From contig PBAU01000002.1 of NCBI GenBank assembly GCA_002716355.1, positions 64,000 through 95,999 on the forward strand: DNA of 32,000 nt, written 5' to 3'. Each line of letters begins with the position of its first letter. Positions within the stretch are counted from its first letter, which is position 1. The translations under genes and the position numbers were made by a program. The notes under the pieces are model-generated. The model was not told the origin of the DNA. It saw only the letters and a program-made list of their open reading frames with translations, and ran no database searches. Origin of the DNA: a bacterium. GTDB taxonomy: Bacteria; UBP7; UBA6624. Below, one piece after another: positions 9,926 through 16,928 of the stretch.

Positions 9926-10422
9926 CTATCTTCTTTGATGTTTGGGGGTGTTATTTCATATTTTGAAGAAAGTGTTTTTTGCAAATAGAGTGAAGTTGTT
10001 GTGATTCTTTGTACTGATTCAATAATGCATTGCAATGTCAATTCACTCGCTTCTTTATTTTCACATGAATAGAGCCATCCATCGCCAGGAGCAGAAACAT
10101 TTGAAAAACTTGAATGCGCAATTGATAAAGAATCTTTTAGAAATGCAATTCTTTTTTCTTGAGGGAATGGTAGGCATTGAGCTTCACTTTTAAAAACAAC
10201 AGCTCCATTTTCATCTTTGTGAATTCCAAGAACCACAGGAACCGTTCGACGTGGCCAGAAGCCGATAGAAACACTGTCATCGTCATCTTCCATCGTGTGC
10301 TCCATGAAGTTTATTTTGAGTTTTTTGCAAACCTCCACGAGCAGCTCTCTTCCAAGCCCCAATTCATCTTTTAGAGGTTTTAAGTTGTCAAAAATATTTT
10401 CTGAACCCACTGGATTTATCAT
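9916..10422 (-). CDS. Hypothetical cytoplasmic protein (168 aa, acidic), no recognisable family
   Basis: The ORF fills the gap between the M24 peptidase gene and hutU. Its 3' end overlaps the hutU start by 10 nt. No signal peptide or TM segment. Confidence 0.6.
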   Translation of the reverse strand: MINPVGSENIFDNLKPLKDELGLGRELLVEVCKKLKINFMEHTMEDDDDSVSIGFWPRRTVPVVLGIHKDENGAVVFKSEAQCLPFPQEKRIAFLKDSLSIAHSSFSNVSAPGDGWLYSCENKEASELTLQCIIESVQRITTTSLYLQKTLSSKYEITPPNIKEDSWE

Positions 10423-10440
10423 AACAATTTAAATAAAAAA

Positions 10441-11607
10441 TTAAACTAAAAACCAATCTTTTTGTGGCTCTGTTGTGACAATTGGAAGAGGATTGATTAC
10501 TAGGTTGATCTCACTTCGTATGCCCCATTCTGGATAATAAACACCAGGTTCAATCGTTCCTGCCCATCCTGGAAGCAGCGATCTTGTGTCTTTTGCCTCA
10601 TAGCTGTCTAGTTGAGCAGCATCACCATGGGCGCTTGTAAGTCCCAGATTATGGCCTGTCCTATGAATGAACCCCTCTCCAAATCCATGATTTTCAATTA
10701 CATTTCTAACAGCCTGGTCAACCTCATAACCGGCAATCGATCTTTTCTCCAAAAAAGCTCTCTTTATTACCTGAACCCCCGCATCTCTGGCTTCTAAAAC
10801 AGCATAAAAACCCTTGTCGATAACCTTGTCAACTTTTCCTCGTTTTGCCATCCATGTTATATCGGCATATGCAGGTTTGTCAGATTTTTTTGTTGCCCAT
10901 AAATCTATAAGAAGCACAAAATTTTCTCCCAATCTTGCACTTCCCTCTTTTGGTGTTGCGTAATGGGGATCGCCAGCATTTCCATTAACTGCAACTACAG
11001 GTGGATGGTCAGTTGTCATGCCCATTTCTTCAAAACTTTCTAGTATCCAATTTTGAACCATTGATTCATCCAGTTCAAAAGGTTTTGCCTTAGACACTCG
11101 ATCAAAAACACCTTGGACTATTGATGTTAAATTTATTGCTGATTCACAATGGGATTCAATTGTTTTTTCGGACCATAGTAAAAGATGTTCCTGCGAGATG
11201 TTTTCACTACTTTTTAAACTGCAATCCATTGATCTTAGTAGGTCAATCAACCCCCCATCAAGATAAGAGAGATAGGGAATCTTGCCATCTTCACACCATT
11301 CCACATAAATGGTTTTTCCTGCAATCATTGATGTCAATGTTCTTTTCCAATCTTCAAAATTTTGATATTTTCTAATTTGCACATCAGTGAATGCCAGACT
11401 TTTTGATTCAATTCCATTGACAATCATTTCTGCTTTTCCTTTTTTTGGAATCCAGAGCGCCCATCGCCTGCTTAAAAACACATTATCTGGTAAAAATTTT
11501 CTAGCAATTGGATTATGTGAATGGAAATCTGCAACAAACCATCCATCAACTGCATGGCTGGAAAGGTTGTTTTGAATTTCTTTAATCAATAAATCGAGTT
11601 GTTTCAT
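10441..11607 (-). CDS. M24-family metallopeptidase (Xaa-Pro aminopeptidase/dipeptidase-like)
   Basis: Pita-bread-fold metal-ligand motifs (LIDLWA.., HRTGHNLG, GTIEPGVYYPEWGIRSEINLV). 388 aa. Confidence 0.85.
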   Translation of the reverse strand: MKQLDLLIKEIQNNLSSHAVDGWFVADFHSHNPIARKFLPDNVFLSRRWALWIPKKGKAEMIVNGIESKSLAFTDVQIRKYQNFEDWKRTLTSMIAGKTIYVEWCEDGKIPYLSYLDGGLIDLLRSMDCSLKSSENISQEHLLLWSEKTIESHCESAINLTSIVQGVFDRVSKAKPFELDESMVQNWILESFEEMGMTTDHPPVVAVNGNAGDPHYATPKEGSARLGENFVLLIDLWATKKSDKPAYADITWMAKRGKVDKVIDKGFYAVLEARDAGVQVIKRAFLEKRSIAGYEVDQAVRNVIENHGFGEGFIHRTGHNLGLTSAHGDAAQLDSYEAKDTRSLLPGWAGTIEPGVYYPEWGIRSEINLVINPLPIVTTEPQKDWFLV

Positions 11608-11635
11608 TGTGGAAAATTTTATACTATGCTAAGTT

Positions 11636-12436
11636 ATGTTTTTTCTAATGATGTTGTTAATGAAACCATGCCTCGGGCATGATCAGCATTGTGACAAAAG
11701 ATACGACGAGCTTTCTTACCTTGTTACGCATAATGCGATGTCGACATCAGAAGATAGATGGCTTTTCCCCAACCAGGATCGAGGTCTCATTGCTCAGCTG
11801 AACGATGGCGTTAGAGGCTTGTCGTGGGACATCTACGAGCATAATCAGGAGGTTTATCTTTGCCATGGTTATTGCTGGCTTGGAAAAAGGAAATTAATGC
11901 ATGACCTTGTTGAACTCAAAGGTTGGCTAGATGATAACCCCAGAGAGATAGTCTCGATTTTTTTTGAAAGCTATGTCGGGAAGAAGCCGGTTGTCGAGCT
12001 TTTTGAGCAGTCTGGAATGATTAGCTATGTTCACCATCAAGCCCTTGAGCAAGATTGGCCATCCATAATTGATATGATCGACAGCGGAAAAAGGGTTGTT
12101 GTTTTCACAAGTCGGGAAGGCGGTATTGACGACTGGTACCATGATGCCTGGAGGTATGTTTGGGATACAGATTTTTCATACAAAAGCATCGATGACTTTT
12201 CATGCTCAAGGCTCAGGGGCCCAAAAGACCTTTCAGGTCTTTACAGCATAAATCATTTTTTGACAAACCCACTTGCCTCAAAAACACTTGCCTCAAAAGC
12301 AAACCCGTCTGTTTACAAAAGAGCTGAGAGCTGTTGGGTAAAGACTGGGCAAAGGCCCAATTTTATTTTTGTTGATTTTTATTCGGTCGGAAACACCTTG
12401 GAGGCGGTAAGAAAATTAAACTTGTTACATTTTTAA
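11636..12436 (+). CDS. PLC-like phosphodiesterase (PI-PLC X-domain-like protein), probably exported
   Basis: The N-terminal region YDELSYLVTHNAMS....NQDRGLIAQLNDGVRGLSWDIYE...VYLCHG matches bacterial PI-PLC X-domain-containing proteins. Short hydrophobic N-terminus. Confidence 0.7.
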   Translation: MFFLMMLLMKPCLGHDQHCDKRYDELSYLVTHNAMSTSEDRWLFPNQDRGLIAQLNDGVRGLSWDIYEHNQEVYLCHGYCWLGKRKLMHDLVELKGWLDDNPREIVSIFFESYVGKKPVVELFEQSGMISYVHHQALEQDWPSIIDMIDSGKRVVVFTSREGGIDDWYHDAWRYVWDTDFSYKSIDDFSCSRLRGPKDLSGLYSINHFLTNPLASKTLASKANPSVYKRAESCWVKTGQRPNFIFVDFYSVGNTLEAVRKLNLLHF

Positions 12437-12469
12437 AACAAGTTTGAATGCACATAACAAATATACAAT
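12418..12469 (+). promoter_or_regulatory. Candidate operator plus promoter upstream of the PhoU-wHTH gene: AAACTTGTTACA ... ACAAGTTT-N18-TACAAT
   Basis: Perfect 9-bp inverted repeat AAACTTGTT (12418-12426) / AACAAGTTT (12437-12445) with a 10-nt spacer. ACAAGTTT lies exactly 18 nt upstream of the -10-like TACAAT (12464-12469). The same elements and spacing occur upstream of pstS. Confidence 0.45.
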
Positions 12470-13412
12470 TGAGAAGATGATGACAGAGGATCGTACAAAC
12501 AAGGTTCATTTAAACGTTATCAGGTTAGGCAAGCTGGTTGTTTTTGCGTTAAAAAAAGCTCTTAAGGGTAGCACCTTTAACATAGATGCTTTTCTTGCAA
12601 AATGCAGAGCAAGAGAGACTGAAATCAACCTGTTAGAGATGGAAATTGAACAGGATCTCCAGACTTTAATGAGACCAGAGCTGGAAGATAAAGATTGTCG
12701 TCACTTTACAGCGTTGTTGAAAATCAATAATGACCTTGAGAGGATTGGCGATTATGCCATGGCGATAGCTAAATATCTTGTTGATGTTGACATGTCAGAA
12801 ACGGTGAAAATTGAATCCAAATTTAAAAAATTATCAAAAGCATCTATAGAGATGCTTGAAAGATCCGTTAAGGCAATAGAGCTTGAAGATATCAACCTAG
12901 CCAAGCAGGTTATTCGTGATGACGATTATGTTGATAAATTGAACAAGGCAATAATCAAGATTCTTTTAAGCAGTAAAAATCCAGATATGGCTTCGGTTGT
13001 TTCGTTGGTTAATTTGTGTAGAAGATTGGAGAGGACAGCAGATCATGCAACCAACATAGCAGAAGATTTGGTTTTTTGGATAGAGGGTGATGTTTTGAGG
13101 CATCCCACAAAAAAAAGATCCTTTATGTTTAATGAGATTGAAATATATCCAAACAGCAGAGAGATTAAGATTTCAGAAAAGGTCCATCTTTCTAAAAGTG
13201 AATGGGAGATATTCATACACCTTATAGAAAGATCTCCAGACGGTGTTTCTAGAGAGGATCTTATGAAAAATGCTTTAGGCTACGACTCTTCTGTTGAAAC
13301 TCGAACTATCGATCAACACGTGGTTAGATTGCGAAAAAAACTAGGCCACAAAAAAACACTTTTGAAATCTATAGCTGGATTCGGTTACAAAGTGGTTAAT
13401 TCAAAGAATTAA
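12444..13412 (+). CDS. PhoU-domain protein fused to an OmpR/PhoB-type winged-helix DNA-binding domain (no receiver domain)
   Basis: Residues ~15-220 carry two PhoU repeats (LKINNDLERIGDYAMAIAKY; RRLERTADHATNIAEDLVFWIEG). Residues ~231-318 match the Trans_reg_C pattern (LSKSEWEIFIHLIERSPDGVSREDLMKNALGYDSSVETRTIDQHVVRLRKKLG....GFGYKV). The listed start is TTG at 12444. ATG at 12477/12480 (MMTEDR) is at least as likely. Confidence 0.85.
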   Translation: MNAHNKYTIEKMMTEDRTNKVHLNVIRLGKLVVFALKKALKGSTFNIDAFLAKCRARETEINLLEMEIEQDLQTLMRPELEDKDCRHFTALLKINNDLERIGDYAMAIAKYLVDVDMSETVKIESKFKKLSKASIEMLERSVKAIELEDINLAKQVIRDDDYVDKLNKAIIKILLSSKNPDMASVVSLVNLCRRLERTADHATNIAEDLVFWIEGDVLRHPTKKRSFMFNEIEIYPNSREIKISEKVHLSKSEWEIFIHLIERSPDGVSREDLMKNALGYDSSVETRTIDQHVVRLRKKLGHKKTLLKSIAGFGYKVVNSKN

Positions 13413-13415
13413 AAC

Positions 13416-13456
13416 AAATTTGTTACAAGTTTTTAAAAAATCACAAAGAATACTAT
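13416..13456 (+). promoter_or_regulatory. Candidate Pho-box-like operator plus promoter of pstS: AAATTTGTTACAAGTTT-N18-TACTAT
   Basis: The 12-mer AAATTTGTTACA (13416-13427) matches 12418-12429 at 11 of 12 positions. ACAAGTTT (13425-13432) lies 18 nt upstream of the -10-like TACTAT (13451-13456). There is no good -35 hexamer, as expected for an activator-dependent promoter. A strong SD, AGGAGG, lies at 13482-13487. Confidence 0.45.
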
Positions 13457-13500
13457 TTAAGATTTCAACTTAAATCCAAAAAGGAGGATTTTATATAAAA

Positions 13501-14385
13501 ATGAAATTTAAATTTTCAAGCTTTTTTATATTGTTAGTTTTAGTAGTTACCAGTTGTGCAAGGCCGCAGGATTCTGAAGGAAATGCCGCAGGAAGTAGTT
13601 CCTCGGGAAGCGAGCAAAGCATACAGGTGACAGGCTCTGACACCATGGTTAACTTAGGTCAAGCATGGGCTGAAGAATATACAAAAACGAACCCCAACGC
13701 ATATATTGCTGTTGGTGGCGGAGGCTCTGGTGTTGGGATCGCTGCCTTGATGAATGGAACTGCTGATCTCGCAAATTCATCCAGAGCAATTAAGGACAAA
13801 GAGATCTCAAAGGCAAACGAACTTGGCTTCGGTATCAAGGAGTATATTGTTGGTTGGGATGGGCTTGCTGTTGTCGTTCACCCAGATAATCCAGTTAACC
13901 AATTGTCAATTTTGCAAATCGCAGAAATTTTTACTGCCAAAATTACAAACTGGAAAGAGGTTGGTGGTGATGATTTAGAGATTGTTTTGTTGTCACGAGA
14001 GGTAAATAGTGGAACACATGTTTACTTCAAAGAAAATGTCGTTGGATCTTTAGGTAAGGGTACTGAATTCAGCGAAGAGGCGTTATTGATGCCAAGTAGC
14101 CAAGCACTTGCTGATGAGGTAACAAATAATATTGGCGCAATTGGCTATTATGGCATGGGTTATTTGTCACCATCACAAAAGCCAATTGATGTATCTGTTG
14201 ATGGGGTTGTTTTTGTTCCACCAACTATAGAAAATGTTCTTAATAAAACATATCCAATTGCGAGACCCCTACACATGTTTTCAAGAGATAACATTTCTGC
14301 AGCAGCAAAAGCTTATATTGAGTGGATAATGGGAGAGGGGGGCCAGGCTGTTGTTGCAGCACAGGATTTTGTCCCCTTGAGCTGA
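13501..14385 (+). CDS. pstS: Phosphate ABC transporter substrate-binding lipoprotein
   Basis: Lipobox (LVVTSC). PstS-family motifs GSDTMVNLGQAWAEEY, GGGGSGVGIAALMNGTADLANSSRAIKDKE, YPIARPLHMF. Confidence 0.92.
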   Translation: MKFKFSSFFILLVLVVTSCARPQDSEGNAAGSSSSGSEQSIQVTGSDTMVNLGQAWAEEYTKTNPNAYIAVGGGGSGVGIAALMNGTADLANSSRAIKDKEISKANELGFGIKEYIVGWDGLAVVVHPDNPVNQLSILQIAEIFTAKITNWKEVGGDDLEIVLLSREVNSGTHVYFKENVVGSLGKGTEFSEEALLMPSSQALADEVTNNIGAIGYYGMGYLSPSQKPIDVSVDGVVFVPPTIENVLNKTYPIARPLHMFSRDNISAAAKAYIEWIMGEGGQAVVAAQDFVPLS

Positions 14386-14416
14386 CTTTAGCCTGATTTG
14401 ATTAAGATTTGAACTT

Positions 14417-15328
14417 GTGAAAAATATAAAATTAAAAAAGCATAAAACAGAGACTTTCAAACAGCCTCTGTCTGAAAAAATAACAGAGGCATGCTTGCGT
14501 TTTGCAGCATGGCTATGCATCTTTTTTATTGCCTGCATTCTTTATTTTTTAGTAAAAGAAAGTGGCGGGGTTTTTTTTAGTGACATTTTTACTATTACAG
14601 GTAAATTTTGGAGACCAATCAGTGAACCTCCAGATTTTGGTGTTTGGGTATTGCTTGCAGGCAGTTTGGCAGTAACGTTAACAGCATCTCTAATCGCAGT
14701 GCCCCTAGGGATTTGTGCAGCTATTTTTATCGGCGAACTGCTGCCACAGAAATTTAGAGAATTTTTGAAAGTTATAGTTGAATTTCTAGCAGCAATACCA
14801 AGTGTTGTTATTGGGTTCTTGGGCATGATTATTCTTGCACCATACATCAAGGAAGCTTTTGACCTAAAAACAGGCTTAACGGCTTTTTCGGCAGCATTGA
14901 TGCTTGCATGGATGGCAATGCCGACAATAGTCAGTTTAACTGAGGATGCTCTCAGAAGTGTACCTGATACTTTAAGAGATGGGGCTCTTGCTCTTGGTGC
15001 TACCAAATGGCAAATGATCACAAGGGTGCTTTTGCCAACAGCAAAACCAGGCATACTTGCTGCAGCAATGCTTGGTGTTGGAAGGGTGATAGGTGAAACA
15101 ATGGCGGTTTTAATGATTAGTGGTAATTCTGCCAGGATACCAAGTAGCATCATGGAGCCAGTCAGAACTCTCACTGCAACAATTGCTGCAGAAATGGGAG
15201 AAACAGTCAAGGGCGATGAGCATTATCAAGCCCTTTTTGGCTTGGGTGTTGTTTTATTTATTATCACATTGCTAATTAATACTGCAGCAGATAGGTTTAT
15301 TAATAAAAAATACACAGAAGAATCATGA
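14417..15328 (+). CDS. pstC: Phosphate ABC transporter permease PstC
   Basis: Multi-TM protein with the PstC-type EAA loop (LTEDALRSVPDTLRDGALALGATKWQMITRVLLPTAKPGI). GTG start. Position after pstS. Confidence 0.92.
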   Translation: MKNIKLKKHKTETFKQPLSEKITEACLRFAAWLCIFFIACILYFLVKESGGVFFSDIFTITGKFWRPISEPPDFGVWVLLAGSLAVTLTASLIAVPLGICAAIFIGELLPQKFREFLKVIVEFLAAIPSVVIGFLGMIILAPYIKEAFDLKTGLTAFSAALMLAWMAMPTIVSLTEDALRSVPDTLRDGALALGATKWQMITRVLLPTAKPGILAAAMLGVGRVIGETMAVLMISGNSARIPSSIMEPVRTLTATIAAEMGETVKGDEHYQALFGLGVVLFIITLLINTAADRFINKKYTEES

Positions 15329-16185
15329 ACTTTAAAAAACAAAATCCAATCAACCAGCAAAAAAGGGCCACTTTTGGCTTGGGGCTTATAACAGCCATTG
15401 TGGTTATTCCGGTTTTATTGATACTAGGTGTTGTTTTTGTTAAGGGTATTTCAGTTATAGATTGGAACTTCCTGACCACTGAACCCACCAATGGTTTAAG
15501 AGAGGGCGGGGTTTTCCCGGCCATAGTTGGAACATTGATCCTGGTTGTTGGGGCCGTGGTTTGGAGTGTCCCTTTTGGTGTGGCTACTGCAATTTATCTT
15601 GTTGAATATTCTCCAAGAAGCCGAGCAGCTAACTTGGTTAGGTTAGCAATCTTAAATTTAGCAGGAGTCCCCAGTGTTGTTTACGGGTTGTTTGGCTTGG
15701 GGGTGTTTGTCATAGCTTTAAAATTTGGCGCAAGCATTTTAGCGGGAACTTTAACCCTTGCTCTGATGGGTTTGCCAGTAATAGTCACATCAACTGCAGA
15801 AGCGTTAAAAGCTGTTCCTGATAGATTCAGAGAAGCAAGCTTGGCATTGGGTGCTAGCAAATGGCAAACAACTAGGCATGTTGTTCTTCCAAACTCCATA
15901 CAGGGAATTTTGACCGGAATAATTTTAGAAATTAGTCGTGCTGGCGGAGAGACTGCACCAATTTTGTTCACTGTAGCAGCTTTTTATTTACCAAGATTGC
16001 CACAAAGTATCTTTGATCAGGTCATGGCGCTTCCAATGCATCTTTTTGCAATCTCAACACAGGTGCCTAACATAGGCTTGGATGTGAGATATGCAGTTGC
16101 CTTAACGTTGTTGTTTTTAGTTTTAGGCATCAATGCAGTTGCAATTTCCATAAGAGCAAAAATTAGGAAAAACAGAATATGGTAA
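15325..16185 (+). CDS. pstA: Phosphate ABC transporter permease PstA
   Basis: Multi-TM protein with EAA loop (STAEALKAVPDRFREASLALGASKWQTTRHVVLPNSIQGI). 4-nt start/stop overlap with pstC. Confidence 0.92.
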   Translation: MNFKKQNPINQQKRATFGLGLITAIVVIPVLLILGVVFVKGISVIDWNFLTTEPTNGLREGGVFPAIVGTLILVVGAVVWSVPFGVATAIYLVEYSPRSRAANLVRLAILNLAGVPSVVYGLFGLGVFVIALKFGASILAGTLTLALMGLPVIVTSTAEALKAVPDRFREASLALGASKWQTTRHVVLPNSIQGILTGIILEISRAGGETAPILFTVAAFYLPRLPQSIFDQVMALPMHLFAISTQVPNIGLDVRYAVALTLLFLVLGINAVAISIRAKIRKNRIW

Positions 16186-16928
16186 AAGAAATCATTATTA
16201 AATCTTTGTCGGTTTCATATGGAAACAAACAGGCAATAAGAAATTTGTCTTTATCGGTTGAAAAAAATGAAATATTAGGAATCATTGGTCCTACTACTTC
16301 AGGAAAAACAACCTTACTTACAGTTTTAAACAGAATGATCGACACAATACCGTCAGTTGCGATTTCCGGCAATGTTTCCATGGGTGATATTGATGTTTTG
16401 ACAACACCAAACATCCATAGTCTCAGGAGGTCTGTTGGGATGATTTTTGCCCTTCCGGTCGCTTTGCCCATGACTATTAGGGAAAATGTTGAATATGGCC
16501 CAAAGATGGCTGGAGAGGCAAAAGGAGAGTTGGAGACAAGGGTTAAAGAAAGTCTTGTGCAGGCTGGATTATGGGATGAGGTGCACGACAGGTTGGACAC
16601 CCCGGCATTAAAGCTTTCAGGCGGCCAGCAACAAAGGCTTTGCATCGCAAGGGCTTTAGCATTAAAGCCAAAGGTTTTATTGCTTGATGAGCCTTGTTCG
16701 GGGCTTGATCCAATCTCAACATCCAGAATAGAGGATACACTGAGTCAATTAAAAAATGACATGACTATCATCTTGGTCACAAACAACCCCCATCAAGCTG
16801 CTCGTGTTGCTCATCGAACAGCTTTTATGCTTAAGGGCGAGCTTATCGAGCTTGCTGACACAGACACACTGTTCACAAATCCTGCAGACAATAGAACAAA
16901 AGAATACATTGAGGGTAAATTTGGATAA
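16179..16928 (+). CDS. pstB: Phosphate ABC transporter ATP-binding protein, divergent paralogue (Q-loop and H-loop substituted)
   Basis: PstB-like throughout: Walker A GPTTSGKT, canonical signature LSGGQQQRLCIARAL, Walker B LLLDEP, C-terminal EYIEGKFG. The Q-loop Gln is Ala (VGMIFALP, codon 16449-16451). The switch His is Asn (LVTNNPHQAAR, codon 16782-16784). Confidence 0.9.
   Translation: MVKEIIIKSLSVSYGNKQAIRNLSLSVEKNEILGIIGPTTSGKTTLLTVLNRMIDTIPSVAISGNVSMGDIDVLTTPNIHSLRRSVGMIFALPVALPMTIRENVEYGPKMAGEAKGELETRVKESLVQAGLWDEVHDRLDTPALKLSGGQQQRLCIARALALKPKVLLLDEPCSGLDPISTSRIEDTLSQLKNDMTIILVTNNPHQAARVAHRTAFMLKGELIELADTDTLFTNPADNRTKEYIEGKFG

Noticed and set aside
12418-12445. The 9-bp inverted repeat immediately after the PLC-like gene stop, considered as a rho-independent terminator.
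   Set aside because: The stem is AT-rich and there is no downstream U-tract beyond the stem itself. The same half-site sequences recur without hairpin potential of that geometry upstream of pstS, so an operator role is favoured. A weak terminator function cannot be excluded.
14542-15210. 222-aa ORF on the minus strand inside pstC. Similar antisense ORFs lie at 15681..15971 inside pstA and at 16163..16645 and 16543..16740 inside pstB-1.
   Set aside because: They lie entirely antisense to high-confidence, motif-rich pst genes. Their products are Ala/Ile/Pro/Ser-rich with no motifs. These are typical shadow ORFs.
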